Positions 11,745 through 28,326 are shown, numbered from the stretch's first letter. The stretch: 64,000 bases of DNA from Eledone cirrhosa (GCA_964016885.1 OZ024741.1:214148001-214212000); one strand, 5' to 3'. Notes: a model not told the origin generated them from the sequence alone. Translations and numbers: made by a program.

Positions 11745-12356
11745 TAACGGTTTCTGATTTAGGCACAAGACCGGCAATTATGGTGGGAAGGGCAAATCGA
11801 TTAAATCGACCTCAGTGCATTACTGGTACTTTATTTTATCGACCCTGTATGGATGAAAGGCAATGCTACCCTCAATGGGATTTGAACTCAGAACGTATAG
11901 AGATGTAACTGGATGCCACAAAGCATGTTGTCCGACGCTCTACCGATATTGCCAATCCATCAGACTAACAATAATAATTGTTTCTACTTTTGGCACAAGG
12001 CCAGCAATGACCCAGTACATTACAGGTACTTTATTTCATCGGATGAAATGCAAAGTTAACCTCGACGGGATTTGAACTCAGACCGTAAATGGAAGTAACT
12101 ATGTTGGAAAGCATGTTGTCCGACCTGATTTAGGTAGAAGGCCAACAATTTTGGGGTAGGGGAAATCAATTAAATCGACACCCGGTTTGTCACTAGTATT
12201 TTATTTTATCGACCCAGTTTGTTACTGGTATTTTATTTTATCGACCCCGTAAGGATGAATGGCAAAGTTAACCTCGGCGGGATTTGAACTCAGTATGTAA
12301 AGAGCTGGAAGAAATACTCCAAAGCATTTGTCTGACGCTCTAACGATTCTGCCAAT
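11745..12356 (-). mobile_element. Cluster of three tRNA-type SINE copies (family A)
   Basis: Reverse complement shows B-box-like GAGTTCAAATCC, core 'gaggttaactttgcctttcatcc..ggggtcgataaaataaagtaccag' and (TTA)n-like tails. Confidence 0.8.
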
Positions 12357-12359
12357 CGA

Positions 12360-12860
12360 GCCCGGGCAGGAATATATCTGTTATCAGTCCTTTAAGTCTT
12401 GTCCAATTTACAATCTATTTCACCATAGCCATCTGACAGGAAAGCTGCTTCCCTTTCACAGCTAGAGGGAAGCAGGGTGATCTTCACAACAGACACAGTC
12501 GATAGACGAATTCATCCTTCTTACGACATCAGTTTTTCAACTGCAAAAATCAGTAATACTCGGGCCTGCAAAGGTTTCCTCGCTCTTTACGCATCTCGAA
12601 CAGGTCCGACTTAAAGCATTTTTATGTCTATAGAGTTTACCTCGAAACGGCAATCCTCTTCCTTCTCAGTTAACCCTACCAGGTCAGAGCTTTGAGTTAA
12701 TTATCCATAGGTCCTGAACTGAGGGTCCTCCGGAACAGGCGAGACAGTTAGTTCTTGTCTACATACAGGAGTTCCGCGCGAAGGTCGTCACGCTTCGTCG
12801 CCACTGATGCTCTCTAGATCACTAATGAGGAAACACCACCCATCGCAATGCCACAATGGT
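12360..12860 (-). pseudogene. Degenerate relic of a Tx1 ORF2 C-terminus
   Basis: Minus-strand translation across stops and frameshifts gives GPMDN, LPFRGKLYRH, SRTCSRCVKSEET and WTRLKGL, matching the C-terminus of both full-length ORF2s. Confidence 0.75.
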
Positions 12861-13063
12861 AGAGGGTTGTTATTACCTGGAGTAAATATATATATAGATA
12901 TAAATATATGAGTCCCGGCTTCTAATATGTATATATATATATTTTTTTATTTTTCTCAAAAATAGCTGTCTGAATACATACGTATATTTTTTCTGAAAAA
13001 AATATGTGCGTTCTTTCCTCTTCTCATTCTCTAACTCTTTCCTTCAGCATTTATTTCTCATTC

Positions 13064-13101
13064 TATCTTCTGATAAAGGACTAGTGTCCGAAACATAAAG
13101 A
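13064..13101 (+). ncRNA. Degenerate minimal hammerhead ribozyme (Penelope-type)
   Basis: tctt-CTGATaA-aGGAC-tagt-GTCC-GAAAC-ata-aaga; one core substitution. Confidence 0.45.
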
Positions 13102-13218
13102 CACTTTTCCGTATATATCAAACGTTAAATTAATACATTGCTTCAAAGTACTGTGTCGTTTCCATTGTTACTTCTGTTTACTATTTAATACATACACAAG
13201 GTCGCGCACACACACACA

Positions 13219-13274
<56 letters not shown>

Positions 13275-13316
13275 CATATGTAAGTATGTATATATATATA
13301 TGTGTATATATATGGG

Positions 13317-13348
<32 letters not shown>

Positions 13349-13423
13349 CGTGTGTGCATATGTATATATATTTCTATATGTGCCTGTGTGTGCATGTGTA
13401 TATGTATTTATATGTGTGAGTGC

Positions 13424-13477
<54 letters not shown>

Positions 13478-13693
13478 ATTTACATAGAGGAGACTGTAGT
13501 AGATAGAGTGATAGCCGTGAGGTGTAATTTATCTTCCATCGCTAATCTTCCTGAAAATAAATGAAATTGTGTAATGGAATTAAGTCAGACACTCACCTAT
13601 CTCACCTATCACACCTTGAAGGTATTGGGATCACCTGCATATAACTGACCTGACACTTTGACATGCCAACACATGCTTGGATAGGTATGTATG

Positions 13694-13744
<51 letters not shown>

Positions 13745-13831
13745 GTACAAAAAACACTGAGGCATTAATTCATTTAATTATGGATGATTCTGACCCTGAT
13801 ACGTTGCGTAATATCCTGTGGCATATGTGTG

Positions 13832-13950
<119 letters not shown>

Positions 13951-14001
13951 GTATTTGATTCCTTGGGTACACTGTTGAAATTCCTGTGTGAAAAGACTTA
14001 G

Positions 14002-14044
<43 letters not shown>

Positions 14045-14299
14045 AATAGATAGATGTTATATGAAATTCATATAAAATCAAAGAAATTCAGATGCAGAAA
14101 TATCTGCAAATAAAGTCGTTTTCTATAAATAATGTCTCAGCATTTCGGGTAACATCCGCCTATGGTTAGATAAAAGTGGCCATTTTAATCTAAATCCATA
14201 TACCCGTATCTTACTAAAATGATAAACAATATATTTAGTCCTATAACTGTTGAAACATACGTAAAACAGTTAAATCGCTTCAAGTCATCACGAATATAC

Positions 14300-14600
14300 A
14301 TAGGATTTGCATCTAGAAAGTTCCTCTCCGACGCATAAACCTGGCCAAGGTTGTTTGTGGAAGACCAGCAGTCGCCCATGCATGCCAGTCTCCCCTCTCC
14401 ACTCCACCAATATCGTCCAAGGGAAAGGCAATGGCCGATACAGCTCAGCATCAGTGACGTCGCAACTTATTTCTACAGTTGAGTGAACTTGAGCAACGTG
14501 AAATGAATTGTCTTGCTTAAGAACGCAATGCAAAGCCCGGTCCCAGAATCGAACTCACAACCACACGATTGTAATCCCGACATTCTAACCACTATACATA
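14300..14600 (-). mobile_element. tRNA-derived SINE (family B, CORE-like central domain)
   Basis: Reverse complement has A-box-like GTGGTTAGA and B-box GAGTTCGATTC, then 'ttcttaagcaagacaattcatttcacgttgctc'; second copy at about 43725-44120. Confidence 0.7.
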
Positions 14601-14775
14601 TATATATAAATATATATACCTCTCTGTCGCCAGAGAAACGATTGTATTCTGTCCAATAAATTCCATTCGTCGCAACACAGATTCTTTTTTTGTCTGTGAT
14701 ATCATACTCTGCTCTATGAGAGCATCTAGTGCTCATACGGCCTGCCGCATACAGACGCTTTAAGCATCCAACACC

Positions 14776-18462
<3,687 letters not shown>

Positions 18463-18649
18463 TTGATGCTTTCTTGATCACTATTTCAGTTTTGTATGAC
18501 CTCTTAGCATATTGTTTAACTCTAGTTTTTTAACTATCAAGCGCTGTATATATATATATAATAACATAAATATGGTTTTATAAATATAGTTTCCATTTAT
18601 TTAATATCATTGTATATATATATACATACATATATATATATATACATAC

Positions 18650-18812
<163 letters not shown>

Positions 18813-18869
18813 GTATATATATATACAATGAAGTTAAATAAATGGAAACTATATTTATAAAACCATATT

Positions 18870-18933
18870 TATTTTATTATATATATTTCAAGGGTACCAA
18901 GACAACATAGGTACGCTTTCATCAGATAAAATA
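18870..18933 (-). ncRNA. Minimal type I hammerhead ribozyme
   Basis: Minus strand: tattttat-CTGATGA-aagcgtacc..ggtaccctt-GAAA-tatata-TA-ataaaata. Confidence 0.75.
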
Positions 18934-18968
18934 CAAAGTTTGATTTATAAATAGAGACATACCCATGA

Positions 18969-19470
18969 AAATCAATTATGGTATATGAAAATTTCATTTT
19001 CATATATGTTGGTTGTGTCCACACGTTTGAGGAGCAGATGGATAATTGAGTCAGGTTTATCACATCAATGAGAATCATGAGCCAATCATCTGTGAATCAT
19101 TGGTAACGTACGATATAAAATAAAACACATTAAAGTGAGATATTAATATAATTATATAAAGTATACATCATCACGTTGGTAAGAGGCATGCGAATCCTTG
19201 ATCTACATACACTGTTATTTATATATTGGAGTGATATAAACGCAACATTAACTACTAAATAATCATGATTTAAATACATTATATATATATATATATATAT
19301 AGTGGTAGAACACTGGAAGGTAATATCCGTAGTGGTAGAGCAATCAGTCCATGGGACGAGTCAGGTAGAAGTGGTTACACAACAGTTAGTTCACTATACC
19401 GAGAACAATTGTTTCACCTTAGCGGATCCTCAGCTGCGTTCTCGGTATGGTAACCAACAGTTTGTAACAA

Positions 19471-19533
<63 letters not shown>

Positions 19534-19697
19534 GGCAAGGAAGTATGTTTTGAAACAGTGAGCAGGTTTAAAATTAGAAAATAGAATCGCTTCCACCGTA
19601 TTCTTGAATATTTACTCCAGTAACTTGTTGAGTGCTCTAAATCAGTTATAAATATTTATATTTGTCGGACATCCAACAAATTAAATACTCCTTCTAG

Positions 19698-19794
<97 letters not shown>

Positions 19795-20012
19795 AGAAAG
19801 AAAAAATGATGAAATCGAAAATGCAACTGGAGTCTTATTTTTTAAAAAATATTTTTTTTTTTTTTATATCGTACGTTACCAATGATTCACAGATGATTGG
19901 CTCATGATTCTCATTGATGTTATAAACCTGACTCAATCATCCATCTGCTCCTCAAACGTGTGGACACAACCAAAATATATGAAAATGAAATTTTCATATA
20001 TCATAATTGATA
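18969..20012. repeat. ~150-bp inverted repeat pair (18969-19120 and 19862-20012)
   Basis: 'ggttgtgtccacacgtttgaggagcagatgga...ggtaacgtacgatataaaa' has its reverse complement about 750 bp downstream. Confidence 0.8.
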
Positions 20013-20057
20013 TATACACACCTATAGAGCATTGAGTGCTCAAATTGGTGCCACTAA

Positions 20058-20945
20058 TCAATAATTGTTTCTACTTTTGGCACAAGGCCAGCAATTACCC
20101 AGTGCATTACTGGTACTTTATTTTATCGACCCCGTAAGGATGAAAGGCAAAGTTAACCTCGGCGGGATTTGAACTCAGAATGGCAAGGACCGTAACTCTA
20201 TGCGTCAAAGCATGGCGTCCGACCCTCTACCGATACTGCCAATCCACCGCCCTAATCAATAATATTACTGAATAACGTGTGTGTGTGTATATATATATAT
20301 ATATACATATACACATAAACATATATAACAGAAGTATGACGAGGTTTTGATTCTAGGGTGGGGCCCGGTCGATGCAGATCGAACCTTGAGCTGATCAATC
20401 GCTAAACGCGAGTCACACCTCAATAGATGTAACGAAGATTTAACACCTCGACCTTTTGGTGGATTGGCAGTATCGGTAGAGGCTTGGACGCCATGCTTTG
20501 ACGCATAGAGTTACGGCCCTTTCCATTCTGAGTTCAAATCACGCCAAGGTTAACTTGCCTTTCATCCTTACGGGGTCGATAAAATAAAGTACCAGTAATG
20601 CACTAGGTAATTGCTGGCCTTGTGCCAAAAGTAGAAAGAATTATTATTACTATTATATCGACCCCGTAAGGATGAGAGGCAAAGTTAACCTCGGTGAGAT
20701 TTGAACTCAGACCGACGTCCCTTTACGTTCTGAGTTCAAATCCCACCGAGGTTAACTTTGCCTTTCAGGCAGTATCGGTAGAGGGTCGGAGGCCTTGCTT
20801 TGTAGCAAAGAGTTACGGCCCTTTATGGTATGAGTTCAAATCCCGCCGAGGTTAACTTTGCCTTTCATCCTTACGGGGTCGATGAAATAAAGTACCAGTA
20901 ATGCACTGCTATAATTGCTGGCCTTGTGCCCAAAGTAGAAACAAT
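20058..20945. mobile_element. Dense cluster of family-A SINE copies in both orientations (about 20060-20255 -, 20458-20645 +, 20658-20765 fragments, 20768-20945 +)
   Basis: Repeated 'gagttcaaatcccgccgaggttaactttgcctttcatccttacggggtcgataaaataaagtaccag...ccttgtgccaaaagtagaaacaattatta'. Confidence 0.85.
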
Positions 20946-20971
20946 TATTATTATTATTATTATTGTTGTTA

Positions 20972-21707
20972 TTCCTTGAATCTCAGTCATTGATGTTGGT
21001 TAACTGGAAAGTCCGTTGGAATGAATATCAAGCCACTACCTGCAGCCTCAGATATTCAGGACGTATCGGAGGGTTCTTGCTGTTCCAAGCAAGCATGCCT
21101 TTTGAAGCGTTCCAAAAAGCGTGAAGGGGCCGGTTCTCTTTAACCATCCCTGGAAACTTTTGGAGATAGTCCCCAGTGCGCCTATGACAATCGGGATCAC
21201 TTTGACTTCATGGCAGTTCCAAATCCTTTTCACCTCCCACTTTAGGTCCTGGTATCGGTTAATTTTCTCCCTCTCCTTCTCTTGCACTCTCGTGTCGAAA
21301 GGGCAGGCCACATCCACAATCAGACACGATCTTTTTTCTTTGTCCAAAACCACCAGGTCAGGTCTATTGTGTTCCAGTTTTTTGTCCGTCTGTATCCTAA
21401 AATCCCACAGCACCTTCACCTGATTGTTCTCCATCACCGCCTCTGGCCTATGCTCATACCATTTCTCAGAATGTGGTAAATTGTTTACTTTGCACAGGTG
21501 CCAGTGGATCACCCTGCCCATCACATCGTGTCTCCAGCCCTTATAGTGGGTCTGGGCTAGGTGTTTACACTCGGACACAATGTGAGCCACAGTCTCCTCT
21601 CTCTCTCCACAGATCCTGCACAGTGGGCTAGCCTCCTCCTTGTAAATATGGTGCTTCAACCACTTCGTTTTGAGGGCCTGCTCCTGCGCAGCCATTAGCA
21701 TTCCTTC
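20972..21707 (-). mobile_element. 5'-truncated R4/Dong-like non-LTR retrotransposon end (restriction-like endonuclease) in (TAA)n
   Basis: ORF 21048-21701 has CCHC CRICGEREETVAHIVSEC, RHD, and RPD..D..EK..Y nuclease motifs; short 3'UTR; (TAA)n on both sides, the known Dong target. Confidence 0.85.
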
Positions 21708-21945
21708 TATTATTATTATTATTATTATTGAATGCCATGGTTGACGGAGGCTCGGCTCTGTAAGGTATAGTAATTTTTAACCGTTAAAACAATTGTAAAT
21801 TGTTTAAAACTTGAACCAAATTGTTGATAAAGACACCCTCCTCCTCGTGAGAGGGGTCTTTCTGTCCGTTATTTGGCCCTTCGGGGTTAAATAACCAGTT
21901 ATTGGGGTTTTGTACCCAAAATTTCATTTTAAACAAAAAAACAAC

Positions 21946-24042
21946 ATGGCTACGAAAAAGAAATTTCATACGTCACTCCCACTCATTCCGTCTTCTTCTT
22001 CCTCAATCATCACTACAGCAGAGAGAAGATTGTCTCTCTCCCTCCCTTCTTTAAATGTGTCTCTCTCCCTCCCTTCTCTTTCGCAAGTGACGAAAGAAAA
22101 GAAAAGTCTCGTGCAAAGCGTGCAAGGTTTCTCCACGACGACGACGACAGCGACGAAACAGGTGTGCGGGAAATACGAAAACCCAGTTCATTCGTCTGAC
22201 GTCAGGAATAATAGCAGTAGCAGCCGTAATAACAACTGCAACAGTGACAATGAAAACAACAGTAGCAGCCGCAACAGCATCACCAGCAGCATAAACAACA
22301 ACAGCATTAGCAGCAGCAACACCAACAACAACCACAGCAACAGCGGCGGAGGCAGTAGTCGTAGTACCTGCAGCAACAACAAAAGTACCAGCAGCTCTGA
22401 CGACAACAACAACAGCAGAGAAAAACCAATCTCATTTGCAGGTATTGCGAAAAACTTGGAAACAATCCTCATAACAAATGAGGAATTAGAGGAAGCGAAG
22501 AAGATGGTGACAAAGAACGGACACCGAGCAATCTGCAAGGCATCGGAAAAATTTTTCAAAACCCAAGAGCACTGTACGGTCACGTACCGTACAGTAAGTA
22601 CAAAATCCCGTAGGGTGGAAAGAGCCACAGAGGCCCAAATACAAAAAGCCTTGGGGTCTGTGTGGCAGCGGAAAACGCACATCACCCGAGGCAAAAAATA
22701 TGCCACCGTAGACGTACTTTTTGCCACACCCCAGGAGGCAAAGGCCCAATCAGTAGTGACCCTAAGGAGCGAGGAAATGGTGTTGGTGCCCTCCTACTGC
22801 GGGCAAAAAATTGTGAGGGTCAAACTGACCCACGTCCCCCCCGGAATGACCCCTTCTTGGCTGGCCGCGTCTGTCCTAATCGGAATCGAGGACAAAACAA
22901 CTGTACTGCAAGTACAGAAAAAAGTAAGAGAAGATTGGGTCGGCTCCTCCATTGAGATGCTAATCCAAACCAACCAGGAGTGCATCGAAGCTATCCCGGA
23001 TGTGATAGACTTCGATAACGGCACTCAACTGCCCATAAGTGTTGAGGGCAAACGCCCGAAATGCTTTCGCTGTGGATCGAAGACTCACCTCAGGGCCTTC
23101 TGCAACGAGAAGACCCTGAGAAAGGAGAAAACCCCCCTCCTTCCGAATCCGGCTCCACGGCTACCAGCAACAGGACAAGCGGCAACCAGGAACGATAGGT
23201 CCGTGGCACCCATACCCACGCCACGGAAATCAAAAACAGCAGCAGCAGTGGAAATATTAACAACAACAACAGCAATACCAAATGCAGCTGCAACAGAGAC
23301 TCCAGTGCAAACATCACCAACAACAACAAGTGAAAGAGTGGAGCTGGTACCCCTCCCCGACCTCACAGAATCAGACATGGAGTGTGAGGTGGGAGAGGGA
23401 TGGCAAAAGGTCGCAAGAAGGCACAAACGCAGAAGCAGCGCATCGTCGCCTTTGAAAAGGGAGGAAAGAAATGAGAAAAGGGTAAAGTCTACTGCAAAGA
23501 GACCCACAGCAGCAACAACACCAACACCATCACCACCCACACTAGCACCACCATCACCACCGGCGACAACCCCACCGCCAACAACACCTTCAACACCACC
23601 ACCACAAGCACCAACATCGCAAACACAACAACAAAACACACACACCCAGCAACAACGACAAGAAAATAGCAGAACCACACCCCACCCCCAGAAAAACAAA
23701 TGCACGGCAATAAATACACACAACAAGAAACTAATGACTTACATAATTGAACACACAGACATTTCACAACAGGACTACATAATACCAGCACCAATCAAAA
23801 CGCCAACTAACATAAGACTGCTAAAAATAGCACAGAAACAATACACAAACATTAAAACGAAATTCCCCAACGCAGTTGGTGATTTCAGGGACCTAGGAGG
23901 AACCATCAATCGAAGAGTATACTCAGACATTCTCTTAGAAGAGCCGACGACCAGCCGAAGGGACGATTCAACGGTCCCTTCACCAGACGATCAAGTGAAA
24001 AGGGATGTAAAAACCATCCCTCCTCTACCAAAAGTACGGTAA
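21946..24042 (+). CDS. ORF1 gag-like protein of Tx1 family 2
   Basis: ATG at 21946; zinc knuckle CFRCGSKTHLRAFC; Ser/Asn-rich and Pro/Thr-rich tracts; central domain aligns with ORF1 at 4814. Confidence 0.88.
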   Translation: MATKKKFHTSLPLIPSSSSSIITTAERRLSLSLPSLNVSLSLPSLSQVTKEKKSLVQSVQGFSTTTTTATKQVCGKYENPVHSSDVRNNSSSSRNNNCNSDNENNSSSRNSITSSINNNSISSSNTNNNHSNSGGGSSRSTCSNNKSTSSSDDNNNSREKPISFAGIAKNLETILITNEELEEAKKMVTKNGHRAICKASEKFFKTQEHCTVTYRTVSTKSRRVERATEAQIQKALGSVWQRKTHITRGKKYATVDVLFATPQEAKAQSVVTLRSEEMVLVPSYCGQKIVRVKLTHVPPGMTPSWLAASVLIGIEDKTTVLQVQKKVREDWVGSSIEMLIQTNQECIEAIPDVIDFDNGTQLPISVEGKRPKCFRCGSKTHLRAFCNEKTLRKEKTPLLPNPAPRLPATGQAATRNDRSVAPIPTPRKSKTAAAVEILTTTTAIPNAAATETPVQTSPTTTSERVELVPLPDLTESDMECEVGEGWQKVARRHKRRSSASSPLKREERNEKRVKSTAKRPTAATTPTPSPPTLAPPSPPATTPPPTTPSTPPPQAPTSQTQQQNTHTQQQRQENSRTTPHPQKNKCTAINTHNKKLMTYIIEHTDISQQDYIIPAPIKTPTNIRLLKIAQKQYTNIKTKFPNAVGDFRDLGGTINRRVYSDILLEEPTTSRRDDSTVPSPDDQVKRDVKTIPPLPKVR

Positions 24043-24077
24043 GTGGTCTTTCCCATCTTTTCCACTCTATTTTAAAC

Positions 24078-27000
24078 ATGACCTCACTCAGAATAGGCAG
24101 CATAAATGCGCGTGGCTTGGGGTCGTCATGGAAGCAGGGTCACCTGCTCAACGACCTCAGGTCACTAAACATAGATGTAGTGGCCATCAGCGAGACCAGA
24201 ATCTCCGAAGCACGGGCCTTCGTACCGATCTTCGGCGGCTACGATGTGTACGCATCTCCCAGCCGTCCTGGATCGGGTGGAGGAGTTGCTGTGCTTTTTC
24301 GGAGAGGTTTGGATCTCGCCATACGGGCCATCTTCCTGGACCCAGAGGGTAAGCTGGTGGTGCTGGACGTGACCAGCGGAGACGGGCAAGCTTTCAGGCT
24401 AGTGGCCGTCTATGCCCCGACAGGTGCAGGGCGGCCTGATTTCTTCCGGCGTCTGGAGACCTTTCTTGGAACGTCCCGCTCTTTAGTGTTAGTGGGCGAC
24501 TGGAACGGGATCTTAGATGCACGCTGGGACTGTGTGGGATTAGCGGATAGGGGTGGAGGGTGCAAGAGCCTCACCAACCTGCTCAGGCGTTTTGAACTGT
24601 CTGACAGGTACCGATTGGATTTCCCGAATGTGCCAATGTGGACTTGGACAAACCGCATAGGGTCATCCAGATCATATCTAGATAGAGTATTTTGTAGGGA
24701 AATAGATAGGTCTAGCATAGGCTGTCCACAATTCAAGATAGTCAGCTACACGGACCACAAATTCGTGACCTGTATGCTTGACTTAGATAGGCTTCATAGA
24801 CGAGGACCCGGCTACTGGAAGCTAAACGCGTCCTTACCAGCGCGCAAGGCCTACAGAGACCGGATTAGCGAACTAGTTAAGCGGGCGTTGACGGGGGCCA
24901 TCGTCAACAACAAGTGGTGGTTTGCTCTGAAAAGAGCGATTAGAATAGAATCGATTAGGTTTAGTAAGGCTTTAGCAATAGAGAAAAATAGAGCAGAGGG
25001 AGAACTAGTTAGAAAATTAGACGAGGCGCTTAGCAAAGGCATTGCGACCGACGTGCTTGCGGCGAAATTGGCCCTTGACCAATTCTTCAATGCAAAGCAC
25101 GAAGGCTGCGTTGTCAGAGCTAGGGTGCGTGCTCTCAGACACGAGGGGACGAAGCCGTTCAATGGGCCCGAGTGGCGGAGGCGCGTCGTGGCAACAAAGC
25201 CACGATCCGGTCTTTGGTGGACCACGACGGGCGCATGCTACTCGATCCCGGGCAAATGTGTGAAGCTTTTCAGCGACACTTCGCTCAGCTGTTCGGGGGC
25301 AGCGGGGGGCCGGGTAGAGGGATGGACTTTAGTGTCTACCTCGACGGACTGCCGCGGCTCTCGGCCACTGAGGCGAGGTGTTGCGAAAAGCCGATAACAG
25401 CCGCTGAAGTACGGGAGGCAATGACTGGCTGCACAAGGGGTAAATCGCCTGGTTTGGATGGTCTGCCCTATGAACTTTACGTACAGATGCCAGGCTTGTT
25501 CGGAGGCCTCTTGGCGGACGTCTACTGCAACTGGCAACAGAACGGGAGAATTCCCAGTTCTGTGAGCCGAGGAGCGGTGGCACTGCTGAGAAAGGATCCG
25601 AACATGGGGGATAACATAGACAATTTCCGGCCCATAACTCTGCTAAACACAGAGTTTAAGATTTTGGCCAAGGTGCTAGCAAAGAGGTTGGCGCTTGTCG
25701 TTGGTGGTCTGGTGGGAGAGGCGCAGACATGCGCCATTCCCGACAGATCCATCCACGACAACCTCCACCTCATGCGATACATCGTAGAGAGGGTAGCTAG
25801 GGAACCTGGCACGGGTGGGTCCTTGATCAATTTAGATCAGTCGAAAGCTTTCGATAGGGTCGACCATCGTTACCTAGCGGCAGTCCTGAGGGCGGCTGGC
25901 TTTGGGCCCGTCTTCAGAGGCTGGATCGCTGCCATGCACAGCGACATCTGCTCTGTGGTGAGAGTGAACGGTCACCTGTCGGAACCGTTCAACATCATGC
26001 GCTCGGTCCGCCAAGGATGTCCCCTCTCGTCCCTCTTGTACGTATTGACTCTCGAGCCATTACTGCACAAACTGGAGACGTTGAGGGGAGTCCCGCGCGA
26101 ACTAGGATGCGGAAGATCCGTGTCAGCATATGCGGACGATGTCACCGTAGTGGTGTCGAACGCCAAACACATCGAGGCGATCGGCACTACACTAAGAGAA
26201 TACGAAGCGGTGACAGGAGCAATGATCAACCAGGAAAAGTCAGTGGGCCTGCAGCTCGGCACCTGGAGAGGCAGGTCCATGCCGTCCAACAGCGTCGTCG
26301 GGCGCTGGACGGACGGACCGGTTAAATTGCTAGGGGTCTGGTTCGGTCCGGACCTCCAGACGGACAAAAACTGGGACGAGGTGACGAGCAGGGTGGCTTC
26401 TCTCACCCAGAAATGGGCGGAGAGGAAGCTATCCCTGAAAGGTCGAGCGGAGGTGGCTAACGCGTACATCGCGTCTGTCATCTGCTACCGCCTAACCGTC
26501 GTACCTTGTCCTAAGCCTCGCCTGACTGCGCTGGAGCGTTTGCTCTTTCGCTTTTTGTGGAAGGGACGTGCTCCGATGGTCAGGCGGTCCATCTGTTGTC
26601 AACACCCGCTACGTGGAGGGCTGGGCATGCCGTGGCTGATGATGCGCAGGCACGCGCTCAGGCTACGACATCTCCACCTCTTCCTCGACGGTGATCAGGT
26701 GTGGTCGCCGTTTGCTAGACGCGTTTTTCCCCAGCTCGTTTCCTTGACGGAGCTGCAGTCCTGGGTCAAGCGAAGACCGAGAGGGAGCGCCTGGAGACTG
26801 GAATGTCTTCAGGCGCTCACAGCCCTCGACCAATCGGGCAATGTGATCGGTGGAAACTCCACCTCGGCGTTCTATAGAGGATTAGTGGAGGGTAAGAGCG
26901 ACGACGTACTTGGGGAAACTCTAGGCGTCGACGAAAATCAACTAGCCAATCTCTTCGGAAGAACTTTCGGGCCAGGGCCTATGGACAACTTCCAGAAATC

Positions 27001-27496
27001 TCTGGCCTGGCAGTGCTACCGAGGAGCCTTGCCAGTTCGGGATAAACTCTACAGGCATGGAGGTGCCGTCAGCCGGGCATGTCCGAGATGCGCGCAGGGC
27101 GACGAAACCGTCCTGCACGCACTCGTCCAGTGTCCGAAAATTGCTGACTTGTGGGTTTATGTCGAACACCTGCTGTCGCGTTTAGGACGGATCCAGCTAT
27201 CATCTGAGTCCATCGTGAGGATTGCCCCGCCCTCCTCCTTTAGCCGGGAAGGGCAGGCAGTTTTTATCTGTCTGGTGGCCATGGCGAAAGAGATAGTATG
27301 GTGGACACGTTTGAAAGGGCTGAAGACGAGCACTTACCTCTTCTGTGATGCTCTGATTGACTTTTTCAAATTTCATTTGAAAAGGAAAATCAGAGTAGAG
27401 AGGGAAGTGCTCTCTTCCCAGCATTTTGTTGAAAGATGGGTGAGAGAGGCAAGAATGGCCCGAGTGAATGGACCGACTCTGAGTATATATCTGTAA
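24078..27496 (+). pseudogene. ORF2 (APE + RT + CCHC) split by a single-base frameshift at about 25151
   Basis: ORFs 24078-25397 and 25172-27496 join into a full ORF2 if one base is restored (ACG AA[A] GCC GTT CAA TGG versus TKAVSW in family 1); YADD present. Confidence 0.9.
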
Positions 27497-27756
27497 ACTA
27501 AAGGTGGAAAACTGGGAGAGGGCACTTGCCTTGGTGGTCAGGGTCATTGTGGCTTTTTACTGGGCTTTCTCCACAAATGTCCCTCCGAAGTCTCCCCCCT
27601 ATTGGGGAATTTTTCATTGTTATTTTCATTGTTATTTTTGTTACATCCTCTGTTTTTGTTTTTTTACACGCAGAAATGCCCATTTGTACCGTCCTGCATT
27701 GTCCTGCACTGTCCTTAATGTCTACTTTATGTAAACCCTTGTGGTTAATAAAGAAA

Positions 27757-27806
<50 letters not shown>

Positions 27807-27807
27807 G

Positions 27808-28200
27808 TTCTTTGAGTCTCAGTCATTGATGTTAGTTAACTGGAAAGTTTGTTGAAATGAATAGCAAGCCACTACCTGCAGCCTCAGATATTCAGGACGT
27901 ATCGGAGGGTTCTTGCTGTTCCCAGCAAGCATGCCTTTTGAAGCGTTCCAAAAAGCGTGAAGGGGCCAATTTTCTTTAACCATCCCTGGAAACTTTTGGA
28001 GATAGTACCTAGTGCGCCTATGACAATCGGGACCACTTTGACTTCCTGGCAGTTCCAAATCCTTTTTACCTCCCACTTTAAGTCCTGGTATCGGTTAATT
28101 TTCTCCCTCTCCTTCTCTTGCACTCTCGTGTCGAAAGGGCAGGCCACATCCACAATCAGCCACGATCTTTTTTCCTTGTCCAAAACCACCAGGTCAGGTC
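27808..28200 (-). mobile_element. Second, shorter 5'-truncated R4/Dong-like element end in (TAA)n
   Basis: RPDLVVLDKEKR...KACLLGTARTLRYVLNI, near-identical to the 20972-21707 copy; (TAA)n on both flanks. Confidence 0.85.
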
Positions 28201-28220
28201 TATTATTATTATTATTATTA

Positions 28221-28326
28221 TTCCCGCCGAGGTTGACTTTGCCTGTCATCCTTATGGGGTCGATAAAATAAAGTACCAGTAATGCACTGGGTAATTGCTG
28301 GCCTTGTGCCTAATGTAGAAACAATT
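28221..28326 (+). mobile_element. 5'-truncated family-A SINE
   Basis: Core and 3' end match 20841-20945 with several substitutions. Confidence 0.8.

Larger units (their letters stand above)
21730..27757 (+). mobile_element. Full-length Tx1/L1-clade retrotransposon (family 2) inserted in (TTA)n
   Basis: ORF1 + ORF2 + 3'UTR ending cccttgtggttAATAAAgaaat; (TTA)n immediately on both sides. Confidence 0.93.

Noticed and set aside
20500-20560. tRNA genes at B-box motifs
   Set aside because: No complete cloverleaf; the motifs belong to SINE heads
20972-28200. Dong-like fragments as LTR-like terminal repeats of one composite element
   Set aside because: They have different truncation points and some sequence divergence, and (TAA)n separates each part
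20841-28326. ~105-bp direct repeat bracketing the Dong/Tx1 cluster as a giant TSD or LTR pair
   Set aside because: Both are copies of an abundant SINE and differ at several positions; independent insertions are simpler
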